Below are positions 47,463 to 55,579 of a stretch of DNA of 55,579 nucleotides, piece by piece. The translations under genes and the position numbers were made by a program. Positions within the stretch are counted from its first letter, which is position 1; the number at the start of each line of letters is the position of its first letter. This stretch comes from Candidatus Thorarchaeota archaeon (GTDB lineage Archaea; Asgardarchaeota; Thorarchaeia; Thorarchaeales; Thorarchaeaceae). Below the pieces are notes generated by a model, which was given only the letters and a program-made list of their open reading frames with translations, made no database searches and was not told the origin of the DNA. The stretch covers positions 1 to 55,579 of the forward strand of contig JAOUFI010000008.1 in the NCBI GenBank assembly GCA_029858305.1. The letters run 5' to 3'.

Positions 47463-49382
47463 TCAAAGTAGTATAGACTCACCGATTTCTTTTGCCTTTT
47501 GCCGACTTTCTTTAGCTGGCTTAATGACTACATTATAGAGTACTTGCTGCAGCAGTATGGCAGATGCTCCGATGATGAATCCGAAGAAAAAGCGCAATAG
47601 CGGTGATGGAGGCGGTGGCGGTGGCGGTGGCGGTCTTGGATTTATATCTGCTCTGTAGGCAAAGGTTGGATTGAATGTGAGTTCATAGAACTCACCTAAC
47701 TCGAAATCAGTTAGAATGAATGGTCCTGAGGTTACAAGAGGTTCTTTCGGATCAAATACTGGGTTCCAGTCATCCCAGCCAGCATACCCAATTCCGGATA
47801 CATTATTGAAGATGTGTAGAGGTATAATGTATTGAAATGCGAAATGGTTGAAGTGCCAGTATGACTCCGAGCTAAATTCAAAGACAACTCTATAGTTTGT
47901 AGGAGCGTATGCCGCCTCAAGTGCGACCAGACCTGGTTCGACCTGGTTTCCAGCTGCCCTACTCTCAAGGAGATACGTGAATGTGAACGCCACATCATTC
48001 GCAGTTAACGGAGTTCCATCGCTCCAGGTTGCATTTTGAATGATATCAATGGTGAACCGGGTGTGACCAACTGGTACTTCAGGATTATCCACGTGAGTTT
48101 CTGTGATGAGTTTCTTGGCTATGTATGGCCATGGTCTGCCTTCTGGATCGTAAACATAGAGTGAAGGCAAGATTTCATTCAAGATAGCATGAGCGGAGGC
48201 TGAGTTTGATGTAAAGATGTTGAAGCTGTCAGGTTCTTCAGCGATAGCTACTGAAACCGTACCTCCAAAGGTGCTGTCAAGCGCATGTATCTTTCTCATG
48301 GTCCAGGAACCCGAGATGTATTGACCAAAGTCAGGAACATGACCAGTGAACTTGTCAATCCTATATGCTTGGCAGTAGGTGTTATCATATGTGACAAGCA
48401 GCGGGACCTGTTCATGGAGGATTAATTGCATCCATCTTGATGCGTTATACACCTCTTCATATGTTGTGCCAGATAGGAATTGAGGTAGGCAGCTGTCGAA
48501 GGTCGCATTCCTGAAGTTACTTGGATTCAGGTCCTCTCTGTCAGTATTTGCTGAATAATACATATCAACAAGTTGGGTAATATCGTTACCATAGAAACTG
48601 TACCCGAAGATGGCCATATCAAAGACTCCATGCTGATTTAATCTCGAGGTGAGTTCTACGTAATGAGCTGGTTTTACAACCGCAGGGATATCGAGTGATA
48701 ATAGAGCATCAACACCAATTCTTGGTATAACAGAACCATAGCAACATAATACATCTGCGAAATACTCAATCTCGATAGGATCCATTGTTTGCCCCTTATA
48801 GGTTCTCCAACCATCCGGACCATAGGGGAAGAGACCCGACATATTGAGCAGTACATTCCCAATCTCTGGTTGAGCAGTATAGTAGTGCCATGGCAATTCA
48901 TCTTCAATGCACCAACCATTGGGATATGGCACAACTGAGTCATGTTCTCGCGACCATCCATCCAAAGGCACAGCTGTCACGCGAGTCTTATCGAAGGCAA
49001 ATGCAAAGGCTCTTCTCAGAGCAGTCTCGTTCAATGGTGCATCACGACAGTTAATTGTGATGCAACCATAACCATTTCGTGTTGCAGTGTATACGTTGAT
49101 ATCAGGATCCAAGTTAAGGGCAGCGTAATGAACAGGGTCAAAGAAACTCGAGTCCATTTCAATCTCACCAGCCTGCATTGCTAGCACCCTCTGATCTTGA
49201 CCTGAAATCACTTTGTATACAACTTTGTCTATATACGGTCCAGTGTTCAAATCACCCGGCACATTCGTTGCTGATGCGAAACAACCAATAAACGATAGAA
49301 GAAACAGAAGATGAATAATTAAGGCAGCTAAAAATACTCTCAATTCTCTTAATGCACTCACCCTCGCACTAGTGATACGCAA
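47463..49382 (-). CDS. Family-5 solute-binding protein, circularly permuted, poly-Pro linker and TM anchor
   Basis: GPYIDKVVYK, AMQAGEIE, LRRAFAFAFDK, WSDGTPLTANDVAFTF, TSGPF. Confidence 0.9.
   Translation of the reverse strand: MRITSARVSALRELRVFLAALIIHLLFLLSFIGCFASATNVPGDLNTGPYIDKVVYKVISGQDQRVLAMQAGEIEMDSSFFDPVHYAALNLDPDINVYTATRNGYGCITINCRDAPLNETALRRAFAFAFDKTRVTAVPLDGWSREHDSVVPYPNGWCIEDELPWHYYTAQPEIGNVLLNMSGLFPYGPDGWRTYKGQTMDPIEIEYFADVLCCYGSVIPRIGVDALLSLDIPAVVKPAHYVELTSRLNQHGVFDMAIFGYSFYGNDITQLVDMYYSANTDREDLNPSNFRNATFDSCLPQFLSGTTYEEVYNASRWMQLILHEQVPLLVTYDNTYCQAYRIDKFTGHVPDFGQYISGSWTMRKIHALDSTFGGTVSVAIAEEPDSFNIFTSNSASAHAILNEILPSLYVYDPEGRPWPYIAKKLITETHVDNPEVPVGHTRFTIDIIQNATWSDGTPLTANDVAFTFTYLLESRAAGNQVEPGLVALEAAYAPTNYRVVFEFSSESYWHFNHFAFQYIIPLHIFNNVSGIGYAGWDDWNPVFDPKEPLVTSGPFILTDFELGEFYELTFNPTFAYRADINPRPPPPPPPPPSPLLRFFFGFIIGASAILLQQVLYNVVIKPAKESRQKAKEIGESILL
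47611..47634. repeat. (GGCGGT)4 tandem repeat encoding part of a Pro10 linker
   Basis: Read directly from the sequence. Confidence 0.9.
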
Positions 49383-49464
49383 ACATACCTAAAACGCCTT
49401 TCTATTACGATGATTGATTTGCAGAAGATGATCGTCGTAATATGTTGTATAGTTAATTAATTAA

Positions 49465-51315
49465 TTAACTTTCTGTCCCCTTGTAGCGAAATATCTGAAT
49501 AACCATAGTCAGAATAACGATGATTGAGCCTCCAGCAATGATCGTTGATAAAGTGATAAGGGGACTTTCATCTGAACTTGTGGTTGTGGTTGTAGTTGTA
49601 TTTGGAGGCGTCGTTCGAGTGGGAAAGTACGCAAATCCATAATTCGCACTGATCTCATAGGTTTCACCATCCTCAAAATCAGTGAGGATGAATGGACCAC
49701 AATTCACGTTGGGCTCTGCTGGGTCAAATTCTGGGTTCCACGTGTTCCAGCCTGCATAACCAATTCCCGTTTCATTATTGAAAATATCCCTGGGAATTAT
49801 TGGCTGATAGGCGAAATGATTAAAGTGCCAATATGATTCAGTGTTAAATTCGAAAATAACTCTGTAATTTGAAAGTGCATACACAGCTGAAAGAGAATCA
49901 AGATCTGTCGCAGCCCAATTTCCATACGCCCCGCTCTCCAAGATGTATGTGAATGTAAACGCAACATCTTGTGCAGTTAGAGGTGCATCATCACTCCAAG
50001 TTGCGTTCTGAATGAGGTCGATTGTGAATCGAGTATGTCCATTAGGTACGTCTGAATTATCCGCATGAGTTTCTGTAATAAGATGCTCTGCAAGATATGG
50101 CCATGGATTGAGATCTGGACCATGGGAATATAGCGAAGGCCAGAGGTTATCCAGGATCGCTGCGGAATAGGTTGAGTTAGTGGTAAAAATGTTGAAGCTG
50201 TCAGGTTCTTGAGCGAGAGCTACTGTAACCGTACCTCCAAGGGTACCATCAAACGCATGTATCTTTCTCATGGTCCAAGGACCACTGATGTATCTACCAA
50301 GGTCCTCTACATGACCCGTGAATTTGTCATTTCTATATGCCTGAAGGTAGATGTTCTCGTAGACCACGAGTCTTGGTACCTGTTCGTGAAGTATCCTCTG
50401 CATCCATGATGATGCATTATAGATCTCCTCATAGGTTGTACCATTGAGAAGCTGTCGTCTACAACCATCATAGGTAGCATTCCTGAAGTTGGTTGGATTC
50501 TGGTAGGGTATGTCAGCATACTCTGACCAGTACTCGTAAGCAAGCCAGTCGATATCATTGTTGTAAAAGTTCACGGCATAATAGACCATGTCGTAGCTAC
50601 TGTGATTGTTCAACCTTGATATGTAGTCATTGAAATCAGAAGCGCAAGTTCGAGCATTGATATAAAGTGCTTTTAGAGCATCAACGCCAATTTGCGCTGT
50701 TCCACCAGAAACCTCACATGAGCATGATGGGTATTCAATCTGGATGTCGAATGCTTGACCACGGTATGTTCTATAACCGTCATCACCAAACGGGAACAAT
50801 CCAGAATTATTGAGAAGGGCATTACCAATTTCTACTTGAGCTGTGTAGTAATGGGGTGTCAATTGCTCTTCAATGCACCAGCCATTTGGTATAGGCACAA
50901 GAGAATCGTGCTCTTGTGAAAAACCGTCCATGATCTCAGCGGCTACTCTTGTCTTATCGAACGCAAACGCAAAAGCCTGTCTCAGGACAGTTTCATTCAA
51001 CGGCCAATCGCGACAGTTGATTGTGATATGTCCATAGCCATTTCTTACTGCGCTGAAGTAGGAAATATCTCCATCTGTAGCGAGTGTTGGAAGATGCACT
51101 GGATCGAAGAAACTCGTATCCATTTCTATCTCACCAGCCTGAAGGGCAAGAATCCGTTGGTCTTGGTTGCTAATGACTTTGTAAATGATTCGATCAACAT
51201 AAGGGCCTACATTTAGATCATTGGGTATAATTGTCAACGCTGTTATGGGATATGGATACAACGTTAATGATAGCAGCACAGATAGAGCCAAAACGGCGAT
51301 TACGCGTTCTCTCAA
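49465..51315 (-). CDS. Family-5 solute-binding protein, circularly permuted, Thr linker and TM anchor
   Basis: GPYVDRIIYK, ALQAGEIE, LRQAFAFAFDK, WSDDAPLTAQDVAFTF, CGPF. Confidence 0.9.
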   Translation of the reverse strand: MRERVIAVLALSVLLSLTLYPYPITALTIIPNDLNVGPYVDRIIYKVISNQDQRILALQAGEIEMDTSFFDPVHLPTLATDGDISYFSAVRNGYGHITINCRDWPLNETVLRQAFAFAFDKTRVAAEIMDGFSQEHDSLVPIPNGWCIEEQLTPHYYTAQVEIGNALLNNSGLFPFGDDGYRTYRGQAFDIQIEYPSCSCEVSGGTAQIGVDALKALYINARTCASDFNDYISRLNNHSSYDMVYYAVNFYNNDIDWLAYEYWSEYADIPYQNPTNFRNATYDGCRRQLLNGTTYEEIYNASSWMQRILHEQVPRLVVYENIYLQAYRNDKFTGHVEDLGRYISGPWTMRKIHAFDGTLGGTVTVALAQEPDSFNIFTTNSTYSAAILDNLWPSLYSHGPDLNPWPYLAEHLITETHADNSDVPNGHTRFTIDLIQNATWSDDAPLTAQDVAFTFTYILESGAYGNWAATDLDSLSAVYALSNYRVIFEFNTESYWHFNHFAYQPIIPRDIFNNETGIGYAGWNTWNPEFDPAEPNVNCGPFILTDFEDGETYEISANYGFAYFPTRTTPPNTTTTTTTSSDESPLITLSTIIAGGSIIVILTMVIQIFRYKGTES

Positions 51316-51702
51316 TTTACTCGCCCTTTACCAAATGCTATCTATGATACGAAGGCTAAAAACCTCTTCTAATCAAGAAAAGTTGAACGCAATGATGAAG
51401 CGCGCGCTCCATTCTCGATTTATCGTGAGTCTTACGTAATAATGTTAGCTTCGTTCATGAATTTTCATTGATAAAAAGATGCCATAGCACTTTTAGGCTA
51501 TTTTAAAATTATAATAGACCTTTATCTATAATTTAGAGTTATTATATATTCTATTTATAGTATTTCGCTATCGATAATCCTCCAATAAAAGTTCCTTTGG
51601 AATGCGAACGACTTACACATACCCTATATTAACGGTTCTTACCAAAATTCTTCTTGATTGCTTGATAGAATCATCATGATTCGTCCGCCGGGAGGACAAG
51701 AC

Positions 51703-52218
51703 ATGATACAGCGAGAGGATGCCTCAAAGACAATCACAGCGATTTCCAGCGACAGGCCTTCCACAGTGACAGAAGCTGACCTCCGAATACGCCTCAGGAC
51801 ATTTCCACGGGATGCACAAACATGGTATAGATTAGGTTCCTATCTCCGCTCCGTCAAGAGACTCAAAGAGGCAGAAGAAGCACTGCGGAAGGCCATCTCC
51901 TTGAATAGTGGCCCAACTCATTTTCGAGAAGAACTCGCACGTACCCTCATGGATCTTGGACAATATGATGAGGCATACCAGTTATGCGATTCCCAACGGC
52001 CACCCTTAGCCAACTCTCTAAGAGATGAGATTGACGCGATTCGCGACATTGAGCGCACTGTATTTGAGGAAACTGACTCCATCTCTCCATGTATAGCCTG
52101 CGCTGAATATACTTACTACGGCTGTTCTAATGGAGGCGTTTGCGACTCAGTTATTCATTGGCGTGATCGGATCCGACAACTTGCAGTACAAAAGACACGA
52201 CAACAGTTGTCAGAATAG
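51703..52218 (+). CDS. TPR protein with C-terminal four-Cys cluster
   Basis: PRDAQTWYRLGSYL..EAEEALRKAISL; CIACAEYTYYGCSNGGVC; GGAGG SD at 51691 favours ATG 51703. Confidence 0.78.
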   Translation: MIQREDASKTITAISSDRPSTVTEADLRIRLRTFPRDAQTWYRLGSYLRSVKRLKEAEEALRKAISLNSGPTHFREELARTLMDLGQYDEAYQLCDSQRPPLANSLRDEIDAIRDIERTVFEETDSISPCIACAEYTYYGCSNGGVCDSVIHWRDRIRQLAVQKTRQQLSE

Positions 52219-52295
52219 CGCGGTTGTCCATTCCGAATCACTGATTTGGCAGGGAGTTCAAAAGCAGTTGGACTCACAATAAAGGATGATACGAT

Positions 52296-54107
52296 ATGTC
52301 AAACCTTGCGGCCTTAGTTAATGACCTCCCTGATCAGCCAGGAGTTTATCTCTGGAAGAATAAGAAGGGGGACATTCTATACATTGGCAAGGCAAAGATG
52401 CTGCGGCGGCGAGTAGGTTCCTATATGCGTAAGACAGGTCTCTATCGTAGAACCTGGGAGATGATGCAAGAGGCTGTGGATCTTGAGACCATAATCACAA
52501 ATACCGAGCGTGAAGCCTTGGTTCTTGAGCAGACACTTATCAAAAAACATCAACCTCGATATAATATTGCATTGAAGGATGACCGCAGACATGCATGGGT
52601 GCGAGTTGATAAAAATGATATCATTCCAACCTTTGAGGTCACAAGGGAAGCTGTGAAGAATGGAGCAATCTACTTCGGTCCTTATGGCAGTACAAAACGT
52701 CTAGATAGATTTCTGGATACAATACGAAAGATACTCCCTGTCGCTACTTGTAAAGAACCTTGGAAGGTAAAGCGTGCATGCATGGACTATCACCTTGAAC
52801 GATGCACAGGTCCATGTGAAAAGCACATTTCGAGGGAGGAGTATTTTTCACTTGTTGAGCAGATGTGCATGTATTTGGACGGTAGATCAGAGGAGCTGAC
52901 GAAGTCAATTGATGAAAAGATGAGGAAAGCCTCTGCTGACATGCAATTTGAACTTGCGGCAGAACTCCGTGATCGGCTCACTGATATTGAGATTATAATG
53001 AGTAAGCAGAAAGTTGTGGAGTTCGAGGGAATAAATCGTGATGTGCTTGGTATTTCCCGAACCGAGCAGGCTGCTCTCATTGAGTTGCTGATTATTAGGA
53101 ATGGTCGTCTAATTGGTCAAGATAATTTCTATTTTGAAGTAGACCTCGAGATAAAAGATTCAGAAGTACTCACTGCGTATATTGAACAGTTCTATTTTGA
53201 AATTCCGAGACTACCAGACGAGATAGTCGTTCCCTGTATGATACCTGATATGGAACAGCTGAGTATATGGTTGAGTGAGAACAATGGTCATAGTGTCAAG
53301 ATTACACAGGCACAGGATACTCGAACTCAGGAACTTGTTGAGATGGCGAATAAGAATGCACACCGCGCTCTTAGAAAAATGCTCATTCTTGGTTCTAGTG
53401 AAGATGAGATTGTGAATGATGGCGTCAAGGAGCTGAAAGAAGCTCTAGGGCTCAGCCAAGCACCAATGCACATCGAAGGTTTTGACATTGCCAATATTCA
53501 AGGTACAGACCCAACTGGCTCCTGCGTAGTTTTCCAAAATGGCGAACCCGATAACAGGAGGTATCGGATGTTCCGAGTGAGAAGTAAAGAAAGTCCTGAT
53601 GATTATGCAATGATGAGAGAGGTTGTTTATCGTCGTTACAGAGGTTTACTTGAGAAGGGATCATCTCTTCCTGACCTGATTTTGATTGACGGCGGTAAAG
53701 GGCAGCTAAGTAGTGCCTTTGATGCATTGAAAGAACTTGGTCTTGATTACCTGCAAGTAGCAGCAGTTGCAAAGAAGGAAGAACGAATTTTCACTCGCAC
53801 TAATCTTGATGGTGTGCTTCTTGATTTTGGGTCTGAAGGTCTACATCTTATTCAAAATATTCGTGATGAGGCACATAGGTTTGCTCAACGATATCATCAT
53901 AAACTTCGTGAGAAGCGATTCACAGGTTCGATACTAGAGGAAGCTCCTGGAATCGGACCAAAGCGTCGAAAAGCACTCATTGATGCTTTTGGCAGCTATG
54001 ATGGAGTTATGAATGCGACACTTGAGGAGTTATCAAAGGTAGAAAGCATGTCGCCTTCTTCAGCAGAAAGACTTTACAATTGGTTGCACTCTCAATATTC
54101 AGAATAG
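52296..54107 (+). CDS. uvrC: Excinuclease ABC subunit C
   Basis: GIY-YIG (PGVY..LYIGKA), Cys cluster, UVR domain, IEGFDIA, DDYAMM, LIDGGKGQL, RDEAHRFA, GIGPKR HhH. Confidence 0.98.
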   Translation: MSNLAALVNDLPDQPGVYLWKNKKGDILYIGKAKMLRRRVGSYMRKTGLYRRTWEMMQEAVDLETIITNTEREALVLEQTLIKKHQPRYNIALKDDRRHAWVRVDKNDIIPTFEVTREAVKNGAIYFGPYGSTKRLDRFLDTIRKILPVATCKEPWKVKRACMDYHLERCTGPCEKHISREEYFSLVEQMCMYLDGRSEELTKSIDEKMRKASADMQFELAAELRDRLTDIEIIMSKQKVVEFEGINRDVLGISRTEQAALIELLIIRNGRLIGQDNFYFEVDLEIKDSEVLTAYIEQFYFEIPRLPDEIVVPCMIPDMEQLSIWLSENNGHSVKITQAQDTRTQELVEMANKNAHRALRKMLILGSSEDEIVNDGVKELKEALGLSQAPMHIEGFDIANIQGTDPTGSCVVFQNGEPDNRRYRMFRVRSKESPDDYAMMREVVYRRYRGLLEKGSSLPDLILIDGGKGQLSSAFDALKELGLDYLQVAAVAKKEERIFTRTNLDGVLLDFGSEGLHLIQNIRDEAHRFAQRYHHKLREKRFTGSILEEAPGIGPKRRKALIDAFGSYDGVMNATLEELSKVESMSPSSAERLYNWLHSQYSE

Positions 54108-54187
54108 AACGTTATTGAAGTTCTGTCCAAAGAAATAGGTTCATATTTGCGTATGCGGATAATGATAGATAATAAAAGTGAGTTACG

Positions 54188-54427
54188 ATGCCAATCAAAA
54201 TCTTCCTCGCAATCAACACGAAGAAGGGTCATGCTGAAGATATTCAAAGTAAATTATCCAAGTACAATGAAGTGACACTTGTCTGTACTGTAAAGAATGG
54301 CATCTTCGATGTTGTGGCAATTGTGGATGTGGAATCGTTAGAGAATTATCGGCATTTTTCAATAGACAAGGTTGGCAAAATGCCCAATATTGAGGACTAT
54401 ACATCTTTTATTATCCTGGGAGAATAG
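54188..54427 (+). CDS. Stand-alone Lrp/AsnC ligand-binding (RAM) domain protein
   Basis: 79 aa, GIFDVVAIVDV...I.K..NIEDYTSFI; no HTH. Confidence 0.8.
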   Translation: MPIKIFLAINTKKGHAEDIQSKLSKYNEVTLVCTVKNGIFDVVAIVDVESLENYRHFSIDKVGKMPNIEDYTSFIILGE

Positions 54428-54911
54428 ATGGCTCATCTTTTTTGGATGGGGCAAGTAGTCTAAGGAATGAAACTTCCTTAGCAAGAATTCCGATTATTGG
54501 AGACATTGCTGGTCCAATTAGCATCATATACCATAGTTGTTGTTGGAATCGGATTGTTGGAGGAGGTATTTGAGCTAGAAGATAATATGGAGTTGATAGT
54601 GTGTCGAGTGTCAGTACTGTAAAACCAAGAAGTATAATGCCTTTGACAACCATATTGAGATATCCGTATTCTCCTTTCAAGAACCAAAATCTTCGGGAGA
54701 ATTGCTGATTAAGAACTCCTACTGCAGCTGAAAGTAGAACAAACTCGATGAGAAGAATCGATGAATAGACATCGAGCAACGGGTCACCATGATTAAATCG
54801 AATCATAACAAGGTATTGAACATTGTATGATATTGATACTGAAACTATGCACACGCCGCATCCCATATACTTCACAATCGAATTCCATAAACTGCTTATT
54901 TTTTCAACCAT
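54411..54911 (-). CDS. Membrane protein, divergent member of the paralogue family
   Basis: KYMGCG, AVGVLNQQFSRRFW, VVKG, IIGILAK pattern. Confidence 0.65.
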   Translation of the reverse strand: MVEKISSLWNSIVKYMGCGVCIVSVSISYNVQYLVMIRFNHGDPLLDVYSSILLIEFVLLSAAVGVLNQQFSRRFWFLKGEYGYLNMVVKGIILLGFTVLTLDTLSTPYYLLAQIPPPTIRFQQQLWYMMLIGPAMSPIIGILAKEVSFLRLLAPSKKDEPSILPG

Positions 54912-55007
54912 AAATCCTCCACTCAGGTCAATATTCGGCGAAAATCGGGAAAAGGATTTTGGAAACTCGTGGTATTGCTTTGTTCTATAATCTCTAGAAT
55001 TCGCTCA

Positions 55008-55577
55008 TTAAGCGGGGCTCGGTTTGGTTGCATCAATAATCTCTTTCTCAAGTGCCTTTCCGTTCAATTCATCGATGTGTATTCTATTCCTGTTCCAACC
55101 ATATACCAAAAAGATGAACAGGCCAATTATGCTTAAGGATCCCCCTAGTTGTAGTGCAAATGAGTCAAGTGTAGGTACAAGCAACAAGCAGGTGATTACA
55201 CCAAGAATAGGAATGAATGGAAAGAATGGTGCTTTGAATGTACCTGGTACGCTAAGTCCTTTCCTTCTCAAGATAATCACTGAGAAGTTGACAAATGACA
55301 AGCCAATCAAGTATCCGAAGTCTGAGAGATGCGCAACGAGGTCCACATTTCCAGCAGCTGCAAAGAGGCACACAAGTATGAGAGTGAAGACAAGTGCTGG
55401 TATTGGTGTCTTTCTCTTCTTGCTCACACGTTCGAGAATGGTCGGGAAATATCTATCTCTTCCCATGGAGTAGGCTATACGCGCAGAGGCAAGGAATGTT
55501 GCGTTGAGTGCAGCATAGTTGGAGGCAGCCATTCCTGCAAGCCCGAAATAGAACGCACTCTGGCCAAGAATGCGTCC
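55008..55577 (-). CDS. APC-family amino acid permease, 5'-partial
   Basis: SARIAYSMGRD, KTPIPAL, FKAPFFPFIPILG; frame open to the window end. Confidence 0.9.
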   Translation of the reverse strand, partial: GRILGQSAFYFGLAGMAASNYAALNATFLASARIAYSMGRDRYFPTILERVSKKRKTPIPALVFTLILVCLFAAAGNVDLVAHLSDFGYLIGLSFVNFSVIILRRKGLSVPGTFKAPFFPFIPILGVITCLLLVPTLDSFALQLGGSLSIIGLFIFLVYGWNRNRIHIDELNGKALEKEIIDATKPSPA

Positions 55578-55579
55578 AT

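Noticed and set aside
439-55473. Numerous 60-150 aa ORFs antisense to or nested in long genes
   Set aside because: Shadow ORFs overlapping well-supported CDSs, with no motifs or SD support
1-55579. CRISPR array, rRNA, tRNA, transposase, integrase or provirus
   Set aside because: No regularly spaced repeats, RNA gene signatures or mobile-element proteins were recognised by eye

Overview
Archaeal chromosomal region. It is most consistent with an Asgard archaeon (Thorarchaeia-like). That placement is inference from a longin-like cytoplasmic domain, an arrestin-fold gene, double Lrp/AsnC regulators, archaeal-type MetRS, BRE/TATA promoters and GAGGTGA ribosome-binding sites. Recognisable genes are metG, uvrB plus two tandem full-length uvrA copies, a separate uvrC, a heterodimeric ABC exporter, an aminotransferase, an SDR, two histidine phosphatases, a sensor kinase and an APC permease. 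Several paralogue families recur: three family-5 solute-binding proteins, four TPR proteins and four related membrane proteins. No rRNA, tRNA, CRISPR array or transposase was found. The most interesting signals lie outside the supplied ORF calls. (1) Four micropeptides (32-46 aa) at three loci have polar or basic N-termini and a shared C-terminal hydrophobic-x-x-[LI]-Y-x-[EDS] motif; related palindromic sites lie upstream, and one peptide directly precedes a TPR gene. (2) All three solute-binding proteins appear circularly permuted. (3) There is a candidate ~80-nt ncRNA with its own promoter-like site and T-run. (4) A TAACNATNGTTA operator-like palindrome recurs at 4-5 promoters. (5) Structured leaders precede an SBP gene, metG and uvrB. 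(6) An orphan 94-bp copy of an SBP membrane-anchor end flanks a TPR gene. All family assignments are by eye from motifs; no database search was run.
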